DNA from: Octopus sinensis
Lineage: Eukaryota
Assembly (NCBI RefSeq): GCF_006345805.1
Contig: NC_043003.1
Location: 96,968,001 to 97,032,000 of the forward strand
DNA: 64,000 nucleotides
Reading direction: 5' to 3'
Below, piece after piece: positions 13,605-26,740 of this stretch. The notes beneath the pieces are model-generated. The model had not been told where the DNA came from and did no database searches. It saw only the letters and a list, made by a program, of their open reading frames with translations. Both the position numbers and the translations under genes were made by a program. Numbering within the stretch: position 1 is the stretch's first letter; each line of letters opens with the position of its first letter.

Positions 13605-13958
13605 TATTGAACCAGTTTAAAAATTACGTATTTCAAATAATAGGAAACGCACTTGAGTGAATGATCACTATCGAATTGTCATAGTCGAAACTGACGGAAT
13701 TACGTTTTTCTTTTCATGCTTTTTTTGTGTGTATGTATTTGTGCATGTATATGTATGTGTTGGCATGTGTCTGTATGTCAACAGGTCCATGTGTGCCTGA
13801 GTGTAATGTTATTCCTAATGATTAAACGCTAAATTTTAAATAATTGTCAAATATTAAGAAATTGCTTCTTAACATACACAGAATAAATTTCATATATATA
13901 TATGTGTGTGTGTGTGTGTGCATATGCTTGTATGCGTACACGTACACACACACACGCA

Positions 13959-14019
<61 letters not shown>

Positions 14020-14300
14020 ATGTATGCATTTTTTCAATGTGTTGGGTATATCCTTAAGAGATGCGTTTATATCAAATAACTCCAAATGTGATAACTATTT
14101 TATTTTTAGGTTATATGGAAACCTAGTTGAAGTGTATATAAATGTATGTGTGTTTTTTCGATGTGTACAAATAACACGGAAAAAATAAATAAATAGTTAC
14201 CAGGGTAGCAAAGAATTCACGTAAGTATCAAGGATGTTACAGCTTACTTATAAAGGTAGAAATTCCAGGGTTTAGTGAAATGTTTTTGTATAACAGATAA

Positions 14301-14998
14301 ATAAAGCAATGGAGTTAAACGCAGGTGTTATTCAAATCTTTATGCCTCCGACATATGTTTCGAAGAAAACATTGGTATCATTGCAGAGGGAATAAAATGA
14401 TGTAAAACAATGCGATCTTCTCACCAGGAAAAAAAAGAGAAACAAAACACATCAATAAGCCATTTTAACCGAATGTGATGACTGCGTATATGATGAAGGG
14501 AACGTTGGCAAGCAATTTTTTTTATTTAAAAAGAAACGTTAATAGATTTAATTGAAAGACAGAGAAGGAGGAGAAAGAAAGAAATTATCAGAAAACCAAT
14601 CTATAAAATTCGACCTTTAACTGTCTTCTTATATTTCACTTCCACTAAATATATCTATTTCCACGCCTTTAAGCTTTATTCCTATTCCTCTGTCACACTA
14701 CATTTCCCCACTCTTGGTTTCTGCTAATTTCTTTCTTTCTTCTCATTCGCATTCTCTAAATTGCATTTGACGTTAAATCTATTAACGTTTTTTTTTTTAA
14801 ATAACTTGCTATATACGCAGTAGTTACATTCGGTTAAAATGGCTTATTGATGTGTTTTGTTTCTCTTTTGTTTTTTCCTGACGAGAAGATCGCATTGTTG
14901 TGCATAATTTTATTCCCGCTCGAATAATACCAATGTTTACTTCGAAACATATGTCGGACGTATAAAGATTTGAATAACGCCTGCGTTTAACTCCATTT

Positions 14999-15004
<6 letters not shown>
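14301..15004. repeat. Diverged inverted repeat, ~250-bp arms and ~215-bp spacer
   Basis: The left arm (ataaagcaatggagttaaacgcagg...aacgttaatagattta) matches the reverse complement of 14770-15004. The right end abuts (TA)n. Confidence 0.85.
14871..14960 (+). ncRNA. Type I hammerhead motif with long stem II insertion
   Basis: CUGACGA at 14878-14884; stem II closes GAAG/CUUC; GAAA at 14944-14947; palindromic stem III ACAUAUGU; GUC at 14953-14955. Stem I is weak and wobble-rich. Confidence 0.55.
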
Positions 15005-15041
<37 letters not shown>

Positions 15042-16350
15042 TCTGTTGGTGCATGTGTGTATATTTATGCCTATATTTATTGTATTTAATACTGAACCAA
15101 ATGAATTCTTTAGAGGTCTTCGATTAAATACCCGAGGGAAAACATTTTCAATCCAAACACATGCAATGACTATTTCATGGAACAGCCAGTCACAACAATT
15201 GCTTGATTAATACAAGGAGGCATTAGATACTTAAGAGGATCGGGATTATGCAGTAATGGTGAAACCTTCTTCTAACACAAATCGGAATTGTGGAAGCCCA
15301 GGAGTTTCAAATACTAGAGGAGATGGCAGATGAGCAAGCCTGGAGATTTTGTTTGGGAATCTTTTGGAATATGATACAATAGTTTACTGTTCATGCAACT
15401 AACCGGGATAGAAACATGTGTGTGTATGTACATACATATATATATGTATATATAAACACACAAGCACACACACACACATTTATCCTTACATATATATGTG
15501 TCTATGCTTATGTATGGGTGTATGTTTGCATATTTTTTGGGGTGCATGTAAATTCTTGTAGCTTTGTTGGAGGTTTTAAAATTTTTGGAATCTTCTTGTC
15601 ATTCACTGATAAAAATAGTGTAGAAATTAGAGATGAATGTAAACATTTCTATTTTACATATAATTATTAAATATTTTCCCAGTCTAAAAAAAATGGAAAG
15701 CTGTTTTTTTTTTTATTTAGAAATGAAAAGGTGAGAAAAATTCGGTTCTCTCCGGAAAGTTTCGGTTTAAACATTGGGTTGTTCGTATATAACTGTGTGT
15801 AAAGTGAGAGAAGGGAGAACAGAAAGATAGAATGATATAGGGAGGGATATCTCTTCTTTCCCTCACTGCCATGTGTTTCTCCATATCTTTTCTTGATTTG
15901 AACAGTAACATCTTTCTACCTTCATGACGCAGAGACGAACGGCCACGTTCAATGTTATAAGTTGTAGTATAGGAAAATAGATCACTTTAGGCAATGTGAG
16001 CTCAGCAGAGTGTGAGCGCAAGTGCATAGTGAACTAGAGGGATGAATCATTAGAAAGAGAAGATCAGCTGCAGAGAAGAGATATGATCGAAAGAGAATGT
16101 ATTTAGCTTTTACAGCAAAGAAGAAGAGTCCAAAGTAATCGAAAAATATGGATGAAAAAGAACGTGGTAACGTGGTAAATATGAATGAAAGGTAACGAAG
16201 ACAATTCGATAAACTATGTAACAGAATCGAAAATATAATCAATTATAGACACAAAATTAATTCACACGACAGTTGACTGACAAAGTACGATACTAAATCG
16301 AAAACAGGAACAGCATTTGAAAAATAGTTAAAATTAAGTGCGATACATAA

Positions 16351-16612
16351 GATATTCTGCTAGTGCACGTATGTATGGAACGAAATCGTAGACATAAACT
16401 ATTACATGCACAACTCATAGTGTTTGTAAGAGAGTTGACCGTTAAACTAGGAAACAGAAACGGAAAACTTAATTTGCTAGTGGACATAACATTTATGTGT
16501 TAAACGGTTAACTAATAAACCATAGAACGAATTCAAAAATAATCGATTATGTTATTTATATTATTCCTAAGACAGTTGACAGGGAAATATATATCTTAAA
16601 GTATATAAAAGT

Positions 16613-16656
<44 letters not shown>

Positions 16657-16769
16657 GATATATATTAAATATAAGGATAAAATCTATTTAAGAATTTATC
16701 AAGTAGCCAGCGTGAAAAACCGTTAAGGGAAAAATTTATACAAAATATATAATTATTTCCTTTAAATAC

Positions 16770-16846
<77 letters not shown>

Positions 16847-17108
16847 ACTTTTATATACTTTAAGATATATATTTCCCTGTCAACTGTCTTAGGAATAATA
16901 TAAATAACATAATCGATTATTTTTGAATTCGTTCTATGGTTTATTAGTTAACCGTTTAACACATAAATGTTATGTCCACTAGCAAATTAAGTTTTCCGTT
17001 TCTGTTTCCTAGTTTAACGGTCAACTCTCTTACAAACACTATGAGTTGTGCATGTAATAGTTTATGTCTACGATTTCGTTCCATACATACGTGCACTAGC
17101 AGAATATC
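16351..17108. repeat. Perfect ~270-bp inverted repeat around a (TA)n-flanked spacer
   Basis: gatattctgctagtgcacg (16351) to gtatac(at)n mirrors (at)n-gtatac to cgtgcactagcagaatatc (17108). No indel: paired coordinates sum to a constant. Confidence 0.95.
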
Positions 17109-18619
17109 CCCAGTGTATATATATATATATATATATAGGAGTCAACAAGATTGGGTACCATTGGACATTTCTTTTTTAATCGCTTCAATTGTTTCCGCAC
17201 AACGTAGTTCTCCAGGAGTGTAGGTACTTGATTATGCAACTGTTTCCATGCATTATGAGATCTAGTTGTGTTTCCTCAGGCGGTATGTAGATATTGTTTC
17301 CGTAAGTTCGAAATTGTCGGCTTCAAGAACATCCCCTCTGTCAGAGTACCTGCACTCCTAGAGAACCAAGTTGGGTGGAAGCAATTGTAGTAATTAAAAA
17401 ATAAATGTCCAACCGTACCCCTTCTTGTTGACTTCAATTTCTTCATTGATGTATTCACACACAACAGATGCCGAAGCGCAAACCTGAAAGTGTGTATAAT
17501 ACTAATACTGGATAGCATAGGGTAAATCTGAAGGTGGACGAGCTTTATACTGTACTCTACTAAGTTCTTAACAGAATATTCCATAACTATATATGTATAA
17601 CGTATATTTTTTAGAAACCAAATTTTGATGGGAAAGCTGCTGTTCTCGTTCATATACACTGGGGATATCTTTTCAGCCATATGCAAAGTTTTTTATGGTA
17701 CATAAACGACAAAGCTGTCAAGGAGGTAAGATTCGTTAAAGTGTCACTAGTGTATTGTTTTCGGTTTTACTCTGTCATTAAGATTGTCCAAAGAACTACA
17801 TAGCGTGTGTCCATAAATTACTTTTACAATTTAATAAATTCAGAAAAAGAAAAAATAAGGATAACTCAACAGCGTTTATTAGCATATAATGTTTGATTAA
17901 AAATATAAGAACACTTTCACGTGCGTTCCATTAGTTTTCAACTTTAATAGATATAATAAATTGTGGAAGTCTTAAAGATAATTTATGAGTAACCTAACGC
18001 CATGATCTCGTCTTATTTATTATCATTTTTTATCCAGTCAGTCGTATATATATAGTGAAGAATGGAAAGTTCTGTATACACGTTGGATAGGTATATAAGA
18101 AAGAAAAGAAATGTAAAAGTCACAGAAAGTTTGTATATTAAAGTTTATGGTGATATTAGGAACATATTACATCATTACATCATTACAAATTAAATAAGTA
18201 CCGAACGTTGTACGGCGCATCGTCAACAGATAGCCTCACCACAATACCGCCAAATTTATCTCAGTGAACATATCGACATGTATACGAAACAGATACAACC
18301 TAAATTCACTATTTTCCCTCTATATAAATTTGCTCTCTGGACTTCTACACAAGCCCGACTCAATAAAAAGACATATTTCATCCAAACATACAAACCTGAA
18401 CTTATACCAATTCATTTTAGTTGTATTACTAATTGTTACTTAATTACTTGACTCCTGGACACCCATTCATATTCAAACCTGAGTCATGAGATGTCCGACA
18501 TGACTCTTATGAAGAAAGTATTCATATCTTGGCAATTGCTTTGTCGTTCATTTTCTATTGGACTGATTTATTTTATTCAGTTATGGAATTTCAACATATA
18601 CAAAAACGTTATCTAACGC

Positions 18620-18830
18620 TATCGACCAGACTAGCGGATGTTGTTATCCATCTCTAGTCACAGTGCACTTGACATTGCTTTAGTTTTCGAATGATGCCAT
18701 TCAGTTAGTTACCTGAGCAGGCCAAAACTCCCCTTGATCGGAAAGCTAGTCAGTCACAGGGATACCCATTTACAGCTGAGTGGACTGTGGCAATATAAAA
18801 TGAAGCGTTTTGTCCAAGAACACAAAGCGC
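18620..18830 (-). mobile_element. SINE fragment (central cagtccactcagctg domain plus tail)
   Basis: The centre matches the 30974 SINE and the tail resembles that of the 39485 SINE. Confidence 0.6.
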
Positions 18831-20401
18831 TCGCGCGCACTCACACACAAAAACATAGACATACACACATAAATATATCTTCATTATATCATTATCATAA
18901 TTTCGATAGCCTTAATAACAGCGCTCCAAAGGAAGGGTGGAGAGAAGTGAACCAATTTTTTTTATTTTCTCATAAACAATCTAGTTCTTTCTAGATTGTG
19001 TCCTCTTCTTGACATAAAAGATAAAAGTAAGATATTGAGACGCTGAAGGTAGAACAGATGACATTTTTATAACAAAAAGTATCTTGAAAGATGTTCTTTG
19101 ACAGAGCTCCACTCTCGGCACTAATTTCGAGATTTTGCATCAGCTAAAGTATCCAAAGTTTCAGAAAAAAAAATTTCGATTTCATAAACTAGGTATAAAA
19201 TAAGTCTCTATAAAATTGCGATTAACAAAATAACTGTAGAATTTCTACGGATACTGCTGGTATTCCATTTCGCAAAAAGCAAGAATGTATTTTCCTTGCG
19301 TAACTTAGAGCAGGATGAATTCTTCTTCTATTGAGCTCCTTGGTAATGCTCGACAAAAGGAAATATATTCATGCCATAACTTTAAAAAAAACCCTCTAAA
19401 CTTATTGATGCACTTTACTGTTGATGATCTTCGCGCATGTAGGTGAAATTTAATTTTACTGGTATTTCAACTTGATTTCTACTCTTAGTATATTTCCGAC
19501 ATGGGTTGTATAAAATAGTTAAATTCAAATATTTCTTATTTGGTTTCCATCTAAAAGAGGTTTAGCAACTACTAACTTGTACGTCTTGAATACGTCCCGA
19601 TAGATAATTTCAACATTATTTTTTCCTTGTGTTGTTTCCAATTCGGTTGGACTACATAATGTTATATATACTAATTTATATAGCTCTAAGTATTCTTTTG
19701 ATTTAGCACTCTGGTTGAATTCTTCAAACGAAAATACATTTTTGTAACATTTAGAGGAATATTTAGAATTTGTAGCTGCAAGCTTTGGTTAAGGCTGAAC
19801 TTGATGCATCTACGCTCAAAGATATCTCATTTCCCTGACATTTCAGCTTTACGATTACATCTCATGTATTAGGTAGTAAACCTCGCAGACATATATAAAT
19901 TCAATTCAAATAACTTTTCTTAGTCTGGTTTAGAATAGTTCTATTTGTGTTTTTCGCATACATAAACCAGAAATAGGTACGCGTAACTGTACTCTGATTT
20001 TCAGAAAAAAAATTCAGTTAGGTTATACATTGTATTATACACATACATACATGCAGGCATACATACATACAAGCATGCATACATGCATTTGAAGCTTTCG
20101 AGCCTTTTAAACCTTTCTAAACTTTTTTATACTTTCTAAACTTTTTTTGTAGCCACTACACATTCTTTATTTTCTCTCCTTGTTTCTTTCTGTGTTCCTT
20201 TCTATGGAAGGGCGTAGGCTCGAAACGTTAAAGACTTTTTCACTTCCCGAGCGTTAAACTAATACATCTGCTTGTTGTCTACACCACTTGTCTTCATCTT
20301 TTGTTTGTTTTTTGTGAATTCTTCTTATATATAAGTATAAATATGTATTTATGTATATATGTCTGTCTGTCTGTATGTATGTATATATGTATGTATGTAA
20401 A

Positions 20402-20612
20402 GACAGCACGCTGGTAGAATCGCTAGCACGCCGGGCGAAATGCTTAGCGGCATTTCGTCTGTCTTTACGTTCTGAGTTCGAATTCTGCCGAGGTCGACTC
20501 TGCCTTTAATCCTTTCGGGGTCGATAAAGTAAGTTTCTGTTGAATACTGGAGCAGATGTAATCGACTAGCCCCCCTCCCCCGAAATTGCTAGCCCTGCGC
20601 CAAAACTTGAAA
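20402..20612 (+). mobile_element. tRNA-derived SINE (second family)
   Basis: gctggtagaatcg A-box-like, gagttcgaattc B-box, then atcctttcggggtcgataa. Minus-strand relatives at 45795-45966 and 51722-51928. Confidence 0.8.
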
Positions 20613-23341
20613 TCAACACGCGTGCGCGCGCACATACATACGCACACAAACACACATATATACAGACACATACATACACGTTATTACTTATAGCTCTATC
20701 TGTTTCAAGCTAAACCATACCAAAAATGAATTATATACATATATTTATATACATACATATGTGCATGCATGCATGCATACATACAAACATACATACATAC
20801 ATACATACATACATACATACATACTTATATACATGTTCTTCATTGTAGATAAACAATTACGCAAACGTAAATTTAGAGACAATTCTTCAGTGGATCACAC
20901 AGAGACTGCCATTGATAAATAATTTGCTGACTGATATCCTTTTAGCATTGTTATAGAAATAGTTACTCGTTTATACGATAAAAAACCGTTTGGAGAGCTC
21001 CCGTAATTTGACGAACTGCATCGATTTTCTTAACATTTATATGTCCTCTGTTAAATGTAAAAGCCTACATACGTATAAAAGACATTCACAAAAGACGAAA
21101 TGGAAATGATATGGAATATTGAAATATCTTAACTAAGGAGACAATTAGAAACGCTGACCTTTCGTTTGGTTGCTTAGTAGAATTTTTAAAATAGACCTCC
21201 GAAGTAATTCAATTAGCATTCGTATTGACTTTGGCTGACCGTACTCAAAGGAGAAAAGCAATTGAAAAATCACTTAGGGTCAAACACTTACCCATTTCAG
21301 TAATTTTAAATTTGCTCTGATTAAATTAAATGAATTAGATAAATTAATTTTTGATGCTACTTGCGAATGCAGCTAGTATTTTCGTTAAAATGTCTCACAC
21401 TCAAAACAAAAAAATGTATTTCCTTCTTTTATCGTTATTTCGGAGAAAGAGCGTGAGAAAGTGCCTATAACTACCACGATGTCTGAAATATTAAGACATT
21501 GCGTCTCATTATCTTGAAATTGTTTACAATTCTTTTTATAGTTCGCACTTTTGAAGCATGTTTATTTATGTGTTTTCTACTACCATAATAGTGCAGACGT
21601 GTGATGAGTCAGCCGATGAAATGAAATTTGAACAAGATTTTTTCTTTTTCATTTCGTTTCATATTGTCGCTGATAAATTTTGGGAGGTAACCCAGGCATT
21701 GTCGTTTAACTATTTCTATCATTGTAGCTCACTATTTTTATATATAAGGTAAATGCTTAAGAATAAGGTAAGGCTCAGTATGCTGTAAGGAATGTACACT
21801 TTATTCTTTTCAAAGCCAATATTTAAAAACATACGATGATTCTGAAAGCTTTAATATCCTTATCATCAACCAAAATAGCTCACTAACTAGGATTTGCAAG
21901 CTTTCATATCCGTTAAAAAACTTTGTTTCAGAGTTGAGGAAATGAAATGGCAGACGTTTAAAGAGAAATCTCACTACTTTAAACACGATTGCAATTTGAA
22001 ATTAGATACTAGCGTATTCCGTCTCACGAACTTCACTATATATTTTTGACCAAATTAAACCTGCATTAGCCACTTCAAATTCTGATGGAAGGGGTTACGT
22101 ATAGGTAGTTAAATGCTTTCTTCGGAGACATATTGGAGTGATGGGTTACGCATTGTTACGGATTGTTGATTCTTCAAGTAGTAATCCTGTGTCTTAGTAT
22201 CTGAAATTATTGTAATTCTCCATTTATGAATATTGGTGATAGCATTTAATAAATAGCAGTATCTTCGTTCATGTTAAGGTGAAAATATTCTCTTATTGAG
22301 TTTTCTGCACACTTTCGGTAAGAAACGAGTCCAATTTATTCGCAATTATTATGCTCTATAGAGGTTTCAGTGAGAATGTATCGTAAAATGCTGTTAAAAC
22401 ACAGCATAGAATATAACTAAATTCCCAGAATCAATGAACTATTTAATATCCAACAAATCCATATTTCATTTCTCTCTCTCCCTCACACACACACACATAC
22501 TCTCTCTCTTTCTTTATATATATATGTGTGTGTGTGTGTGTATACTGATTCAGTATTGTTGTTTTTGTGTTTGTTTTTCTTTTTATTTGGGATTTACTAT
22601 AATATATATATACTAGCATTAAAGACCCGTCGTTGCCGGGTCATAGTGCTAGTGCATGTATATATATGTGTACATATTACATGTACATCTATATATATAC
22701 ATCTACACATAAAATACAAAATACAAGGTTATATCTTGATATCGCTAGTGATAACAATACTCAAAATATATAACAGGCTGGAATTGTTAGCCCGTCTCTT
22801 GTAAATTCGATCAATTGTATCTTGTCCTCCCTCTTGTATAGAAGTGTGGCTACAATCCAGCCTACCTCTACTTCGGGGTGTGTGGGGGGTCATTTAAAAT
22901 TTTTCTCCGGGACGTCCTACATCCAAGATATAAAGGTAAAAATAAAATATTTCCACTTTGCAAGTTCGAGTCGAGTACTCCCTTGCACGCTCCGTTGACT
23001 CGAACCTTGCTTCTATTGTGGCGAATTTACCACCTCTGATTAGATACCTTTCATAGTCGCACCAAGACACTTTTCGAAGGTCCTTTCCTCCATGTGATTT
23101 TATTATTACCCACAAGGGGCGAACATAGATGGGACAATACAATCTGATGATGGGGTCAGACAAACGAATGGGTTTTTACAATAGATCGGATTTAAAAATT
23201 TTCATGAATTACAATAAATGGACAGAAATCGAATGATGGGACAGACCGGAAGACATTACGGGTGGAGTGGGTGCGGGTTTAGCTCGGACCCCACGAGCCC
23301 CGCCTCCCCACTGATACTTTTGGTTGCGCTTGGTATTACAT

Positions 23342-26300
23342 TTATGTTGTATCTTTCACTCGCAACTTTCGTGCTACATCCTTCCATCGTTCTTCATACA
23401 CTCTCCTAGTCAGGCATATTCTCTCCAGCCCTATCTTCCTTTTCAGGTGAAAGATGAAATAATTCATCAAACCAGGGCCGGAGATGAACTTGCCTGACTG
23501 TAAACCTTTCATTCTCGTCTTCCATATCACCTCTTTCGCAATTGCTACTACACCGAGAAAACGAAACTTACCTTCATTCACGAGGAAATCCGGTGGGTCA
23601 ATTTTTGTAATCGACTCAGTCGACAGCTGTACTCTTCGTGTACCTGACAAACATGTTCGGCATAAACCACACCTCAGACACGTCCGGACAATGAACAATA
23701 GCGTGCGGGACGGTTTCCCTATCCCGCCCGCATCTTGGACATATCGGACTGTCTTGGCCACCGTGCCTTGCGAGTTTATCCCGAACAGGTAGAGCTCCTC
23801 TGTAGCATTGCCATGCCAGAGACTTCTGGAAGTTGTCCAGTGTCCTCGGCTCGAACGTACGTCGGAACAGACTGGCCAGCTGATTATCGTCGAGACCTAG
23901 GGTTTCCCCCAAGGTATCTTCACATTCCGCCTCTACCAACCCTCTATAGAGGAATGTGGTGGAACCCCCACCGCAGGCGTTGCCCGAGCGACGGAATAGC
24001 AGGAGAGCCTTGCGACACTCCGTGTACCAAGTACCAAGTTTCGATCTACGATTCAGCCAGGTTTCCCATCCACCGAAACTAGTGAACTTGGGAAACATCA
24101 GTTTTGCTAGCGAAGACCACACCCGTTCACCATCCAGGTAGAGCCACAGATGTCTTAACCTCAGCGCATGTCTGCGCATCATCAGCCAAGGCATCCCTAG
24201 CCCACCCTTTAACGGTTGTTGACAGCAGTAGTAGAGCGTTTCACAAGTGGTTTCCCGCCCTTCCACAAGAAGTAGAAGAGCTGTCTTTCCAACTTGATCA
24301 ACCACGAGTCAGGGCAAGGAACGACGGAAAGGCGGTAGGTGATAACCGATGCGATAAACACATTGGCCACCTCCGCCCTCCCTTTCAGGGATAGCCACCG
24401 CCAAGACCAGGTCTTGGCTACTGCAGCCACCTTGCTCGTTACCTCGCCCCAATTCTTCTCTATTTGGAGGTCTGGACCGAACCAGACCCCTAGCAGTTTA
24501 ATCGGACCCTCCGTCCAACGTCCCACGACGCTGTCAGGAGGCATCGACTTGCCTCTCCAGGTGCCGAGTTGCAAGCCGACTGACTTTTCGCGATTAACTT
24601 TTGCTCCTGTCACCGTCTGTAAACCTCTATGGCCTTGCCTACTTTACATAGGTGGTCCATTTCGGTTACGATGATGGTGATGTCATCCGCGTACGCTGAC
24701 ACTGATTTTCCATTACCTGGCTGTCTCGGGATGCCGCTCAGTTTTCGCAGTAATGGCTCAAGAGCCATCACGTACAAAAGCGGGGAGAGCGGACACCCTT
24801 GACGAACCGAGCGTTTGATTTGAACGGCTTCGACAAGAAGCCGTTCACCCGAACTACCGAGTCGATGTTATCATAAATTTGGATAATCCACCTGAGGAAG
24901 CCAAGGCTCAGCCCGAACTGTGCCAGGGCAGATACCAGGTAACGATGGTCGACCCTATCAAAAGCTTTAGATTGGTCTAAATGGACCAGTGCCCCGCCCT
25001 TGCCAGAATCACTATTAAACCCCTCTATAGTGTACCGCATTAGATGGAGATTATCCTGAATGGATCTGCCCGGAACGGCACATGTCTGTGCCTCTCCGAT
25101 CAGACCATCCGCGACACGCGCCAATCTTTTCGATAACACTTTGGCCAAAATCTTCAACTCTGTGTTTAGCAGAGTGATGGGCCTGAAATTATCAATGCAC
25201 TCCCCTTGCTCGGGTCCTTCTGACGAGAGTCACTACTCCCCGGCGCACAGATCTGGGTATAAGCCCGTTCTGCTGCCAGTTCGCATAGACCTCCGCCAGT
25301 AGGTGCCCGAACAAGTCTGGCATACTCTTATATAACTCATAGGGTAGACCATCCAAACCCGGCGCCTTGCCCGCGCCGCAGTCCGCCATTGCCTCAAACA
25401 CCTCCCCAGGCGTGATTGGCCCTTCACAGCCCTCCGCATCTCGCCCCGATAAGCGCGGCAGACCGTCGAGTAGGTCCGTAAAGGCCCTCCTCCTATCCAG
25501 TCCGCCGCACTCACCGAAAAGCTGAGCGAAGTGCTCCTGAAAGGCCTCACACATCTCCTCGGGTTCGTTTATCAACTCACCTTGTGGTTCGTCAAAGATC
25601 GAATCGTGGCATCGTTACCATGCTGAGCTTCCACCACTCGGGCCCATCTCACGGCGTTGATTCCTTCACATCCCATATGACGGATTCTAGCCCTGACAAT
25701 GCAGCCCATGTGTTTGGCCTCGAGGTGCTGGTTTAACACCAGTCTCTTGGACGCCACCTGAGCCGCAGAGCCAGTTTTCATGGCTTCCTCTAATTCCTTA
25801 ACTAGAGTAGTTTCCCTTCTAGCCTCTCTAGCCACTACTCCTATGCTATATCTAATAGACTCAAACTTGATGGCTCGTTTGAGGGCGTACCACCATTTGT
25901 TATTAATGATGGTACCAGATAGTGCCCTCTGAATTATATTCCTAATCCGGTCTTTGTACTCCTTAATCGCCAAAAGGGACGTATTAAGTTTCCAGTAACC
26001 GGATCCTCTATTTTTAACCTTATCTATGTCAAGCTTACAGGTGACCATTTTATGATCACTGTAGCTGATCGGGGTAAAACTGTGGACACTTAGCTATTTT
26101 ACTGTCTACTTTTCTAATTAGTATTCTATCTAAATATGACCTGGAAGATCCGTCGCTGTTTGACCATGTCCACAATGGAGCGTTCGGAAATTCCAGCCTA
26201 TAAGGATCTGCTAGCTCAAAGCGGCTTAGCAGTTCCATGAAGCCACTGTTGCCTTTTCTATCTGGACGCGAGCCAACACAATCTACATCCGCTTTGCAAA

Positions 26301-26732
26301 TTGTGTTAAAGTCTCCTAGCACCACTAATGAATGCGAAGTACCAAGAAAGTTTTCTAGTTCACGAAAATAATCACTTTGCCTTGTATGGTTGGGTGCGTA
26401 AATTGCAACCAGTCTGATAACTTTACCATTACTGAACGTCAAATCCATGACGACCAGCCTACCTTCTGGATCTGCAAAAATTAACTTTTTCTCAGAAACC
26501 CGGTTTCTTTTTAATAGGACCAACACCCCACTCCCGCCTGTAGGACTGCCAGGAGAGAAAAAACTCTCGTAGCCGTCAAACAGCGGGAGTAGACCTCTTG
26601 CCCCTCTAACCGGGTTTCTGTAGCAACAATAACATCTAAATTACGCGACCTGATATCATGCAGGAAGCGACCTTGCTTCCAGCCTGCTCCCAGGCCGCGC
26701 ACATTCAAACAACCAACATAAATGTAATCCAT
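23342..26732 (-). pseudogene. Tx1 ORF2 (endonuclease-reverse transcriptase), frameshifted
   Basis: LNVRGL, IYAPN, LGDFN, SYLDRIL, SDH (APE); KAPGLDGLPYE, KILAKVLSKRL, LDQSKAFDRVDH, RQGCPLSP, YADD at 24682-24693 (RT); LAWQCYRGALPVRD and CPRCGRDRETVPHAIVHC. About seven frame changes. Confidence 0.92.
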
Positions 26733-26740
26733 TACTTACC

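Noticed and set aside
14204-14220. Short AG...GTAAGT segment
   Set aside because: It is 17 nt, and the longer alternative from 14110 is not stop-free in the phases compatible with the other candidates.
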